This document shows positions 18,998-28,366 of a DNA stretch of 64,000 nucleotides, one piece after another. Source of the DNA: Longimicrobiales bacterium (GTDB lineage: Bacteria > Gemmatimonadota > Gemmatimonadetes > Longimicrobiales > Gaopeijiaceae). The stretch lies in contig JAWLHJ010000005.1 in assembly GCA_041690395.1 (NCBI GenBank), positions 512,001 to 576,000 on the forward strand. The letters run 5' to 3'. Below the pieces are notes generated by a model, which saw only the letters and a list, made by a program, of their open reading frames with translations, did not search any database and was not told the origin of the DNA. The position numbers were made by a program, and so were the translations under genes. Each line of letters opens with the position of its first letter. Position 1 is the first letter of the stretch.

Positions 18998-20073
18998 GAC
19001 CGGTTCCCGGCCACCGCTTCGACGAGACCCTTCACCCGGCAGAGCTCCGCGTTCAGGACGGCCGCGCCGGCCGCGCCCCGGTCCAGGTTGTGGGCCAGCG
19101 CCATGAACGAGAGCCCGAGCGCCGAGCAGGAGCGCACGCGACCGACGGTGACCGTCATCCCTCGGCCCGCATCACGGTCGAGGCGCGGCTGCGGCCGGGT
19201 CGGATCGTCGGTCACGTCGATCAGCCGCTCCGGCGAGGACGGAAGGCCCAGCTCCGCGGTCTTGCCTCGGTACGCCCGGAACACCCGCAGCGCCTCGTCC
19301 GGATCGACGTCCCGGCCGAGCTGGACCGACACCGACACCAGGTGTCCGTGCAGCACGTTCACTCGCGTGGCGGTCACCCCGATCCGGAACGGCGCCTCGC
19401 GGAGCGCGCCGCCTTCGACGCTCCCGAGGATCTTGGTCGGCTCGTAGGCGACCTTCTCCTCTTCGCCCGGGATGAACGGGATCACGTTGTCGACCAGGTC
19501 GAAGGCCGGGGGGCCGGGCTTGCCCGCGCCGGAGATGGCCTGGAAGGTCGTGGCGACCGCACGCTCGATGCCGAACGCCTCGTGGAGCGGGGCGAGCGCC
19601 GTGGCGAGCCCCGTGACCACGCAGTTCGGGTTGGTCACGATGGCGCCGGGCCAGCGGGACTTCTGACGCTCGATGAGGGCGAGATGGTCCGCGTTGAGCT
19701 CGGGGATGACGAGCGGGACGTCGGGATCCTGCCGGAAGGTCGACGCGTTGCTGACGACCAGATGACCGGCGCGGGCGAGCTCCGGCTCGACCTCCTTCGC
19801 GACGGACGAGGGCAGCGCGGACAGCACCAGCGGCGACGACCAGCGTCCCGAGAGGCTCCGCACCTCGAGGTCGGCCACGCTGTCGGGAAGGTCTCCGGCC
19901 TCGCCCGCGAGCAGGTCTCCCAGGCGGCCTCCGGCCGAGCGCTCCGACGCCCCGACCTCCGCGATCTCGAACCAGGGATGGCGGGCGAGCATGCCCACCA
20001 GGCGGGCCCCGACGGTGCCCGTCGTCCCGAGAATGCCTACCGGTATCCGCTCGCTCAAGATCGTCTCCAACAT
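18994..20073 (-). CDS. asd: Aspartate-semialdehyde dehydrogenase (archaeal/eukaryotic-like subtype)
   Basis: VGILGTTGTVG, HPWFE, ASERSAG, catalytic TNPNC, QAISGAG and DNVIPFIPGEEEK; start codon uncertain. Confidence 0.9.
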   Translation of the reverse strand: MLETILSERIPVGILGTTGTVGARLVGMLARHPWFEIAEVGASERSAGGRLGDLLAGEAGDLPDSVADLEVRSLSGRWSSPLVLSALPSSVAKEVEPELARAGHLVVSNASTFRQDPDVPLVIPELNADHLALIERQKSRWPGAIVTNPNCVVTGLATALAPLHEAFGIERAVATTFQAISGAGKPGPPAFDLVDNVIPFIPGEEEKVAYEPTKILGSVEGGALREAPFRIGVTATRVNVLHGHLVSVSVQLGRDVDPDEALRVFRAYRGKTAELGLPSSPERLIDVTDDPTRPQPRLDRDAGRGMTVTVGRVRSCSALGLSFMALAHNLDRGAAGAAVLNAELCRVKGLVEAVAGNRS

Positions 20074-20275
20074 GGCTCTGGCGCTTGGTTTTCCTCGTCG
20101 CTCGAATCTCGCATCCGGGCCGGCGAGTCCCAAGCCCCCAGCCCGCGCCGGATGCCGCTTCCTTGCTACGACCGCATCCGCGACGCCATCGTTGCGGGAA
20201 CCGGGCCCGGAGCCGCCAGACGCGCCGGGGCCGTGATCCGAACCGTTTCTCGAGACACTTTCAGGACATGCCGGA

Positions 20276-21433
20276 ATGAAGCGATCGACGCTGTTCGCCG
20301 CCCTGACGCTCGCCCTGCTTCCCTCGCTCGCGCACGCCCAGGAAGACCCGCACGTGGAGCGGGCGCTCCGGGTGCTCTCGTCTACGCCGCTCATCGACGG
20401 ACACAACGACCTTCCCTGGGCCATCCGGCAGAGCGACCTCGCGCCGCACGACGTCCATCACGAGGCGCACGACCTGCGGACGCGGACGCCCTTCCATACC
20501 GACATCGAGCGGCTGCGCGAGGGCCGGGTGGGGGCCCAGTACTGGTCCGTCTACATCCCCTTCGGGGCGACGGAGGACGGCGCCGCCATGACCCAGCTCG
20601 AGCAGATCGACATCGCGCTGGAGATCATCGATACGTATCCCGACGTGTTCGATCTGGCCCTCGACGCGTCCGACGTGGAGCGCATCTTCGGCGAAGGCCG
20701 CATCGCGTCGATCCTGGGGATGGAGGGTGGGCACGCCATCGAGAACTCGCTCGGCGCGCTACGCGCGTTCCATGCGCTCGGCGTCCGGTACATGACGCTG
20801 ACCCACAACGGCACGATCGACTGGGCGGACTCGGCGGCGGATACGGCGCGCCACGGCGGCCTCACCGACTTCGGGCGGGAGGTCGTACGCGAGATGAACC
20901 GGCTCGGCATGCTCGTCGATCTCTCGCACACCTCGCCGGCCACGATGAACGACGCCTTGGATGTGTCGGAAGCGCCGGTGATCTGGTCGCACGCGGCGGC
21001 GTACGGCATGCGCGAGCACACCCGTAACGTCCCCGACCAGGTCCTCCAGAGGCTCCCGGAGAACGGCGGGGTCGTGATGGTGACCTTCGTGCCGTCGTTC
21101 GTGTCGGCCGAGGAGGAAGCGACGCTGTCGGACGTGGCCGACCACATCGATCACGTGGCGAACCTCGCGGGGATCGACCACGTCGGGATCGGCTCCGACT
21201 TCGACGGGATCGACAGCACCCCCGTCGGACTCGAGGACGTCTCGACCTTCCCGGACCTGTTCGCGGAGCTGTCCCGCCGTGGATGGACCGACGAGGAGCT
21301 CGCCAAGCTGGCGGGCGACAACATGCTGCGGGTCATGCGGGAAGCCGAAGCGGTCGCCCGCCGGCTGCAGCGCGAGGGTCCGCCGTCGATGGCGACGATC
21401 GAGACGTTGGACGGCGCGTCAGGCGGGGGCTGA
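20276..21433 (+). CDS. Secreted membrane dipeptidase (M19 family)
   Basis: Signal peptide; IDGHNDLP, GMEGGH, YMTLTH, VDLSH, WSH and GIGSDFDG motifs. Confidence 0.92.
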   Translation: MKRSTLFAALTLALLPSLAHAQEDPHVERALRVLSSTPLIDGHNDLPWAIRQSDLAPHDVHHEAHDLRTRTPFHTDIERLREGRVGAQYWSVYIPFGATEDGAAMTQLEQIDIALEIIDTYPDVFDLALDASDVERIFGEGRIASILGMEGGHAIENSLGALRAFHALGVRYMTLTHNGTIDWADSAADTARHGGLTDFGREVVREMNRLGMLVDLSHTSPATMNDALDVSEAPVIWSHAAAYGMREHTRNVPDQVLQRLPENGGVVMVTFVPSFVSAEEEATLSDVADHIDHVANLAGIDHVGIGSDFDGIDSTPVGLEDVSTFPDLFAELSRRGWTDEELAKLAGDNMLRVMREAEAVARRLQREGPPSMATIETLDGASGGG

Positions 21434-21856
21434 GCGAACGTCGAGGACCAGCTCCTCCTCACCCCGGAAGGCGATCAACAGCAGGCATCCCGCGAAGACC
21501 GTCAGGGACGGGAAGAAGAGCGCGTTCGTGCCCTCGAGGAAGTGCCCGAACGGATCGACGATCGAGCGCCACACGCCGAGCATGCTGCCGGTGTTGATCA
21601 GCAGCACCACCGGATCGGCCCACCGACGCTGGAATCCTGCGATGTAGGCCACTGCGACCAGCATCTGGAGTCCCCCGAGCACCGGCAACACGGCCGGATG
21701 GCTCAGAAGGCCCAGGTAGAATGCCTCCGATACCTGAACGGCGTGCTCGACGTTCGTGATCTTGTCGAGCCCCCACCAGAAGACGAGCAGGCCGATCGAG
21801 AGGCGGAGGAGAGTTCCCGGACCCCGCACGACGTCGTGTGGGGTCCGGTGCCTCAA
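21419..21856 (-). CDS. DoxX-like membrane protein
   Basis: LLRLSIGLLVFWWGLDK plus further TM segments; probable TTG start overlapping the upstream stop; start uncertain. Confidence 0.65.
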   Translation of the reverse strand: MRHRTPHDVVRGPGTLLRLSIGLLVFWWGLDKITNVEHAVQVSEAFYLGLLSHPAVLPVLGGLQMLVAVAYIAGFQRRWADPVVLLINTGSMLGVWRSIVDPFGHFLEGTNALFFPSLTVFAGCLLLIAFRGEEELVLDVRSAPA

Positions 21857-23262
21857 CCCCCGTGCTTCGCCGCGATCTCCTCGAGCCCGGCCTGGATCTC
21901 CTGCTCGGCCAGCCACCGTCCGCGTACCATGACGCCCGCGCGGTCGGAGAGGTTCTCCAGGTCGTCGAGGGGATTCGACTCCAGGAGGAGCAGGTCGGCG
22001 CGCTGACCCGGGGCCACGGCTCCGAACGCGCCGTCGAGTCCGAGGTGCTCACGCACGTACCGGCCCACCGCGACCGTCCCGCTCTCGAGGATCTGGTGAG
22101 GGGTCATCCCCGACTCGGCCATGACGGCGATCTCACGGTGCAGCGCGAACCCCGGCACGTTGTACAGCTGCGGCGAATCGGTGCCCATTAGGATGCCGGC
22201 GCCCGCGTCGGCCAGCGACTTCAGGATCCCGTTCCGGAGATCGAAGAAGGCGCGCAGGGCTTCCGGCGAGCCCTGGGGGCCGCCCGATCCCTGTTGGCGC
22301 CACGCCTCCTTCTGCGCCTCCGAGACGTAGCGCATCTCGGGGAGCGAGAGGAACGCATCGGGATCGGCGCCGCGGTAGAGGTTTTCCCAGAGATACATCG
22401 TCGGGACCACGAACGCGTCCTCCTCCACGGTCAGCGAGACGACCTCCCGGATGCGCTCCGGGTCCACACCGGCCGCGAGCCCTTCGAGATCGATGGCCCC
22501 AGCGTTGATCTGCTCCTGCACGTCGTCCGAGGCGACGGCCTGTACGTAGCCGTCGAGGTGGTCGACGGTGGACATCCCCGTGCGTAGCGCGTGCTCGAGG
22601 CCGACATCCGCGGGGACGTGCCCGCCGAACGTGAGCCCCACCTCCGCGGCGACGTCCGCCATGCGGTTCCACGCGGCCAGCGACACGCCCGGATGGATCT
22701 TCTGGAGGTGGTAGCCGGCCTCAGCGTGACGCCGGACCAGCTCCTCGGCCGCCTCGGGCGTCGGCGCCGTATTCCCGTTGATCGAGGGCGCGCCCACGAA
22801 GAACGTCGGGCCGAGCACGTCGCCGCGCTCGATCTCGGCCGCGAGCGGGAGCTGATAGTCCGAGCCCAGCATGCCGCGGATGGTCGTGATTCCGTTGGCG
22901 ACGTAGAGGAAGAGGATGTCCTCGACCTGATCCCGCGGAGGGTCGGCGCCCGGCGGGACGTGAGCGTGCATCTCGGCGAGCCCCGGCATGAGGAAGCGCC
23001 CCTCTCCGGCTATGACCGTCGCGCCCTCGCCAACGACGATCTCGTCCGTCGGGCCCATCTCGCGGATCACGTCGTCGACCACGATCACGGTCTGGTTCGG
23101 GACCACCCCCTGACGATCCATGGGAATCACGGAGACGTCCACGAACGCCGTCGTCCCCGGCTCGGCGACCGGGGGTGCCTGACACGCTGCCCCGCCCAGA
23201 ACCGCCACGGCCAGGATCGCCGCCCTGGTCCTCACGCTCGAATCGCTCCCCATCGTCATCAT
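21853..23262 (-). CDS. Amidohydrolase family lipoprotein
   Basis: Lipobox-like GAAC; LMPGLAEMHAH, GITTIR, GHVP, VDH, GTDSP and GQRADLLLL motifs. Confidence 0.85.
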   Translation of the reverse strand: MMTMGSDSSVRTRAAILAVAVLGGAACQAPPVAEPGTTAFVDVSVIPMDRQGVVPNQTVIVVDDVIREMGPTDEIVVGEGATVIAGEGRFLMPGLAEMHAHVPPGADPPRDQVEDILFLYVANGITTIRGMLGSDYQLPLAAEIERGDVLGPTFFVGAPSINGNTAPTPEAAEELVRRHAEAGYHLQKIHPGVSLAAWNRMADVAAEVGLTFGGHVPADVGLEHALRTGMSTVDHLDGYVQAVASDDVQEQINAGAIDLEGLAAGVDPERIREVVSLTVEEDAFVVPTMYLWENLYRGADPDAFLSLPEMRYVSEAQKEAWRQQGSGGPQGSPEALRAFFDLRNGILKSLADAGAGILMGTDSPQLYNVPGFALHREIAVMAESGMTPHQILESGTVAVGRYVREHLGLDGAFGAVAPGQRADLLLLESNPLDDLENLSDRAGVMVRGRWLAEQEIQAGLEEIAAKHGG

Positions 23263-23279
23263 CATCCTCCCTCCTCGGG

Positions 23280-23642
23280 TCATGAGCTCAACCACGCCTT
23301 CGCTTCGCTGTGGGACACGCACGTGCCCACCTGGACGCCGACGGCCTGCGCGAACGGCCCCTCCGCGGCGAACAGGTCGGAGAACTGGCTCGAGACGACC
23401 ACGGCCAGGCGAGCTATCTGGTCGCGGTGGGCCGCCAGGGCCGCGCCCTCGGCCGCCAGCGACTCCGGGGACTTGTGGTCCAGGCCCGCCGCGCCGCTGA
23501 GGTCGAGCAGGACGGGGCCCGGGCCCGGGTGCTCGTGGTCGCCGAAGGCCCGGGCGCCGACACGCGCCAGCTCCCCGGGCGTGTAATCGCCGTCGGCGGT
23601 GAGCACCAGAATATCGTTCTTCACTCGCGAGAAGACGGGCAT
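23280..23642 (-). CDS. Small hypothetical protein (STAS/SEC14-like fold possible)
   Basis: 120-aa ORF with GGAG RBS; VLLDLS...RLAVVVS...EAKAWL pattern. Confidence 0.6.
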   Translation of the reverse strand: MPVFSRVKNDILVLTADGDYTPGELARVGARAFGDHEHPGPGPVLLDLSGAAGLDHKSPESLAAEGAALAAHRDQIARLAVVVSSQFSDLFAAEGPFAQAVGVQVGTCVSHSEAKAWLSS

Positions 23643-23790
23643 CTCGGAGGTCTTCTCCTGTTCACGGATGCTGGTCGGCGCGCGGTCCGCGCCGGCTCGA
23701 TCGCCAAGATGACGGGCGGGCCGAGGGGCAGCAAGCGGCCCGATGATCTGCTAGATTTGCATCTACTGAACGCCCCATCGGGAGGTAACG

Positions 23791-25194
23791 ATGCTGCTGC
23801 GCCGCTTCTACGACGACAAGCTCGCCCAGGCGAGCTACATGGTCGGGTGCCAGGCGACCGGGGAAGCGGTCGTCGTGGACCCGCACCGCGACACCGACGT
23901 GTACCTCGACGCCGCCGAGAAGGAGGGGATGCGGATCCGGTACGTCACCGAGACGCACATCCACGCGGACTTCCTCTCCGGCGCGCGTCAGCTGGCGAAG
24001 AGGGTCGGGGCGACCCTGCTGCTGTCGGACGAGGGCGGCGAGGACTGGCGCTACGGCTTCGCCGCGGAAGACGGCGCGACCCTGCTGCGCGACGGTGACC
24101 GGATCGAGCTCGGGAGGATCACGCTCGAGGCGCTGCACACGCCCGGGCACACCCCCGAGCACCTCTCGTTCCAGATCACGGACGGCGCGGCGAGCGATCG
24201 CCCCATGGGCGTCCTCACCGGCGACTTCCTCTTCGTCGGCGACGTGGGACGACCGGACCTGCTCGAGAAGGCGGCGGGCGTGGCCGGCACGATGGAGGCC
24301 GGCGCGCGGGTACTCTGGGCCTCGCTGGAGCGGTTCCGCTCGATGCCTGACTACCTCCAGATCCTGCCGGGCCATGGTGCGGGATCCGCGTGCGGGAAGG
24401 CGCTCGGGTCCGTGCCCTCGTCGACGCTCGGGTACGAGAAGATGGTGAACTGGGCGTTCCAGTGCGCCGACGAGGACGACTTCGTGCAGAAGGTCCTCGC
24501 CGATCAGCCCGAGCCGCCGGTCTACTTCGCGCACATGAAGCGCATGAATCGGGACGGCCCGGCCGTGCTCGACCGGCTTCCGGAGCCCGAGCCCATGGAG
24601 CCAGAAGCGCTCGCCGACCGGCTCCGCTCCGGCGCCGTGGTCGTCGATCTCCGGAGTCGCGCGGACTTCGCCGAAGGACACCTCCCGGGGACGCTCAACC
24701 TTCCCTGGGGTCCCGACTTCACGACCTGGGCCGGGTGGCTCCTTCCCTACGACGCGCCGATCCACTTCGTGGCGTACGAAGCGGCACAGGCGCGCGGGGC
24801 GGTCCGCGATCTCGCCATGATCGGCATCGATCGCTCGGCCGGGTACGCCGACGAGGCCGTGCTGGACTGGTGGACCGGGAGGAAAGGACCCCTCGAGCCT
24901 ACCGAGGTCGTCGATTGGGGGGCGGCGGAGCGGGCCGTCGACGATGAAGGAGCCGTGCTTCTCGACGTGCGTGGTCAGTCGGAATGGGACGAAGGTCACG
25001 TCCCGGGAGCCACCCACATCCACCTGGGGGCGTTGCGCGACCGCCTGGACGAGCTCGACCGAGACCGTCCGGTCGTCCTCTATTGCCGGTCGGGGAACCG
25101 GTCGGCCATCGGGGCGAGCCTGCTCCAGGCCGAAGGCTTCTCCGACGTCCGCAATGTCGAGGGCGGCGTCCGGGCCCGGCAGGCCGTACATTAG
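23791..25194 (+). CDS. MBL-fold persulfide dioxygenase with two rhodanese domains (CstB-like)
   Basis: THIHADFLSG, HTPGHTPEH, TGDFLFVGDVGRPDL, PGHGAGSACG; C-terminal rhodanese CRSGNRS; GGAGG RBS. Confidence 0.88.
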   Translation: MLLRRFYDDKLAQASYMVGCQATGEAVVVDPHRDTDVYLDAAEKEGMRIRYVTETHIHADFLSGARQLAKRVGATLLLSDEGGEDWRYGFAAEDGATLLRDGDRIELGRITLEALHTPGHTPEHLSFQITDGAASDRPMGVLTGDFLFVGDVGRPDLLEKAAGVAGTMEAGARVLWASLERFRSMPDYLQILPGHGAGSACGKALGSVPSSTLGYEKMVNWAFQCADEDDFVQKVLADQPEPPVYFAHMKRMNRDGPAVLDRLPEPEPMEPEALADRLRSGAVVVDLRSRADFAEGHLPGTLNLPWGPDFTTWAGWLLPYDAPIHFVAYEAAQARGAVRDLAMIGIDRSAGYADEAVLDWWTGRKGPLEPTEVVDWGAAERAVDDEGAVLLDVRGQSEWDEGHVPGATHIHLGALRDRLDELDRDRPVVLYCRSGNRSAIGASLLQAEGFSDVRNVEGGVRARQAVH

Positions 25195-25258
25195 GAGCAC
25201 GTGGCGTTGCGCCCGGAGATGCACCCGGCGGTCCTGCAATCTGGCTTGAGAGGCGTGC

Positions 25259-26149
25259 ATGTCGGACACACCTGAACGGAGCGGGCTCGCCCGGTCCATC
25301 GACCAGCTCTTCACGTCGGGCCGGGGAACGCGTGACGGCGCCGCACGGGCCTTGGAAGACACCACCGTGGCGACCGACGAAGGAGCGATGCTCCACCCGG
25401 CCGTGCCGCTGGTGGCGGAGCTCGGGCGCGAGCGGGACGACGACCGCCGTCACGCGATCGTCGACGAGCTCGCTCGCCTCGGTGAGCCGGGCGCCGACGC
25501 CATCGCGGACGCCCTGGGCCAGACCGAGGACCGGTTCGCCCGGAGCGTCTACCTCGACGCCCTGATCAGCCTCGCGCCCGTCTCGCTGCGGGTCGTCGAG
25601 GAGATGATGGACGATGCGCGCTGGTTCGTGGTCCGCAACGGATCGTTCGTGCTGGGCGAGATCGGAGGCCTGCGCGCCGTGGAGCTGCTCGTCGGCGCGC
25701 TCGCGCGGCCGGAGCCGAAGGTGCGCCGCGAGGTCGTCCTCGCGCTCGCGAAGGCCGGTGGAGACGATGCCGGCCAGCTCGTCTTCGGCATGCTCGACGA
25801 TCCGGCCACGACGGTGCGGGTGGCCGCGGTGTCGGCGGTCGGGGCGCTCGGTGTCGAGCGCGCGGTCAAGCCGCTCATGCGCATGCTCGCAGAGGAGGAC
25901 GACCCGGACCTGCTCCTCGCCGCGCTCCATGCGCTCGGACATCTCCGGGACCCCGCCGCCGTGCACGCCATCGAGCGTCATGCGGTCGGCTCTTTCCTCC
26001 GGCGCCCACCCCGGGACCTCCGCATCGCCGCGTACGGTGCGCTCCGCCACATCGGCACGCCCCACGCGCGAAGGCTGCTGAACCAGGCGGTCGACGACCG
26101 CGACCCCGCCGTGAAGGCCGAGGTCCGACGCCTGCTCGGAATGGCGTGA
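25259..26149 (+). CDS. HEAT-repeat protein
   Basis: Repeated D..VR..AV.ALG helical units (WFVVRNGSFVLG, KVRREVVLALA, TVRVAAVSAVG). Confidence 0.8.
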   Translation: MSDTPERSGLARSIDQLFTSGRGTRDGAARALEDTTVATDEGAMLHPAVPLVAELGRERDDDRRHAIVDELARLGEPGADAIADALGQTEDRFARSVYLDALISLAPVSLRVVEEMMDDARWFVVRNGSFVLGEIGGLRAVELLVGALARPEPKVRREVVLALAKAGGDDAGQLVFGMLDDPATTVRVAAVSAVGALGVERAVKPLMRMLAEEDDPDLLLAALHALGHLRDPAAVHAIERHAVGSFLRRPPRDLRIAAYGALRHIGTPHARRLLNQAVDDRDPAVKAEVRRLLGMA

Positions 26150-28353
26150 TCCGCTACAGCCCTCCGTACCTCGCCGCCGCCCTCGCCGGGCTGGCGGCCT
26201 TCGGCCTCTATGTCCTGACGCTCGCGCCGACGACCGCGTTCTGGGACGCCAGCGAGTACATCGCGACCGCGCACACGGTCGGGATCCCGCACCCGCCCGG
26301 GAACCCCCTGTTCGTCGTGCTCGGAAGGGCGTGGAGCCTGCTCCTGGCGCCTCTCGGCCTTCCGGTGGCCGTGCGCATCAACCTGCTCGCCGCGGCGACC
26401 AGCGCCGGCGCGACCACGTGCTTCTACCTGGTCGCGCACCGGGTGTTGGTGGGACTGTCCGACGGCCCGTGGTTCGCGAAGATCGGCGCGGGCGCGGCGG
26501 CCCTGCTCGGCGCCACGGCGTTCACGGTGTGGAACCAGTCGAACGTGAACGAGAAGGTCTACACGCTCAGCGTGCTGATCATCGGCCTGGTGAGCTGGCT
26601 GGCGGTCCGCTGGCGCGACCTCCGGGACGAGCCCGGCAGCGAGCGCTATCTCCTCTGGATCGTCTTTCTGCTGGCGCTGGGCTCCACGAACCACCTCATG
26701 TCGGTGCTTCCCGCGCCGGCGGTCGCCGCGCTCGTCCTGCTGAGCGGCGCGCGGGCGGTCTTCACGCCCGCCTTTCTCGGGCGAGCGCTACTGCTCGGGA
26801 TGATCGGGTTGTCGTTCAACTTCGTTCTCCCCGTCCGGGCCGAGCTCGATCCGGTCATCAACGAGGGCGACCCCACGTGCGAGAGCGTCGTGGGCGCGGC
26901 CGCGGCCATCTACACGCATGGCCGGGCCGGGTGCGAGATGCTCGCCGACAACCTGACGCGCCGGCAGTACCAGCCGCCTCCCGTGACGGAGCGAAAGGCC
27001 CCGTTCGGCGCGCAGATGGAGATGTGGTGGCAGTACTTCGAATGGCAGTGGGCGCGCGGTCTCGAGCCCTCGGAGACCCCGTTCGGACCGCGGCTTCCGT
27101 TCGGGATCCTCTTCCTGCTGCTCGGGGGCGCCGGTCTGTGGGCGGCCTGGTCGTCCGACCGGGCTCTGTTCGCATACCTCGCGGTGCTGGCGACCACGTT
27201 GACGGTCGCGCTCGTCTACTACCTGAACTTCCGCCACGGCTACTCCCTCGCCCCGGAGATCGTGGATCGTGCTCAGCACGAGGTGCGCGAAAGGGACTAC
27301 TTCTTCATCGCGGGCTTCATGCTCTGGGGATCCCTGGCCGGACTCGGGCTCGCGTGGGTCTGGCGTGTCGTCGCGGAGTTGGTGGGCGGGGAACGGGGCC
27401 CGCAGCGTGGGCTACGCCTGGCCGCTCCGGTGCTGCTCGTGGCGATGGTGCCCCTGGTCCTGAACTGGTCGTGGGCGAGCCGAACCGGCGACTATGCCGC
27501 GCGCGATTGGGCGTACGACCTGTTGGTGAGCGTGGAGCCGTACGGCGTCCTCTTCACGAACGGCGACAACGACACCTTCCCGCTCTGGTATCTCCAGGAG
27601 GTGGAGGGGATCCGGCGTGACGTGACCGTCGTCGTCGGCCAGTACCTGTACACGGACTGGTATCCCAAGCAGCTACAGCAGCTGACCAGCCCGGAGCGGC
27701 AGCGCCCGTTCGATCCGGATCTGGTGCCCGGCCTCTACGACGACCGGCCGGCCCCCGAGCGGCCCATCCTGTCGCTTCCAGCCGACCAGCTGGACGGGGT
27801 GGGAAGGGTGACGCTGCGCCAGGATCTGACGGTGGCGCTGCCGGGGTTGGCCGTGACGTATCCGGCCGGCATGACGCTCGACCGGAGCCATCAGATCGCG
27901 ATCTCCATGATCCGTGACTCCCTCGGAGAGCGGCCCGTCTACTTTTCGGCCGTCGGTGGCATCCTGGCCGAGCTGGGACTCGAGCGGTGGGCCGTCCGGC
28001 AGGGCCTCGTCGCCAAGCTCGAGCTGAGGAGGCTGGAGGACGGGCCGCCCGAGGGGCTCGTCCAGGGTAGTCGCGCGTATGCGGCGGAGTGGTTCGATCT
28101 GGAGCGCTCGCTACAGCTGTACCGCGATGTCTACATGTACCGGGGGTTCCGGGACCGTCTCATCTGGCAGGACCGCTCGACCCTGAACATTCCCTGGCAG
28201 TACTACGCGCTCGCCGCGCAGCTCTCGGACGTCGCGGGGCTGGCGGGTGAGCCGGCCGGGCTCGTCTCGGAGTTGCAGGCCGACGCGGTCGAATTCCAGC
28301 TCCTGGCCGATGGGGGCGTGCTCGGAACCCCCGCTTCCGGCGGGGGTGACTAA
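26146..28353 (+). CDS. DUF2723 / TMEM260-like GT-C membrane glycosyltransferase
   Basis: TLAPTTAFWDASEY...GIPHPPGNPLF, HEVRERDYFF and FTNGDNDTFPLWYLQEVEGIRRDV signatures; many TM helices; GTGA overlap with the HEAT gene. Confidence 0.85.
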   Translation: MIRYSPPYLAAALAGLAAFGLYVLTLAPTTAFWDASEYIATAHTVGIPHPPGNPLFVVLGRAWSLLLAPLGLPVAVRINLLAAATSAGATTCFYLVAHRVLVGLSDGPWFAKIGAGAAALLGATAFTVWNQSNVNEKVYTLSVLIIGLVSWLAVRWRDLRDEPGSERYLLWIVFLLALGSTNHLMSVLPAPAVAALVLLSGARAVFTPAFLGRALLLGMIGLSFNFVLPVRAELDPVINEGDPTCESVVGAAAAIYTHGRAGCEMLADNLTRRQYQPPPVTERKAPFGAQMEMWWQYFEWQWARGLEPSETPFGPRLPFGILFLLLGGAGLWAAWSSDRALFAYLAVLATTLTVALVYYLNFRHGYSLAPEIVDRAQHEVRERDYFFIAGFMLWGSLAGLGLAWVWRVVAELVGGERGPQRGLRLAAPVLLVAMVPLVLNWSWASRTGDYAARDWAYDLLVSVEPYGVLFTNGDNDTFPLWYLQEVEGIRRDVTVVVGQYLYTDWYPKQLQQLTSPERQRPFDPDLVPGLYDDRPAPERPILSLPADQLDGVGRVTLRQDLTVALPGLAVTYPAGMTLDRSHQIAISMIRDSLGERPVYFSAVGGILAELGLERWAVRQGLVAKLELRRLEDGPPEGLVQGSRAYAAEWFDLERSLQLYRDVYMYRGFRDRLIWQDRSTLNIPWQYYALAAQLSDVAGLAGEPAGLVSELQADAVEFQLLADGGVLGTPASGGGD

Positions 28354-28366
28354 GGCCATGCGACCC

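Noticed and set aside
20074..20275. Lysine riboswitch upstream of the asd-dap operon
   Set aside because: The conserved AGAGG(U/C)GC start and loop-E pattern were not found; only a simple inverted repeat is present.
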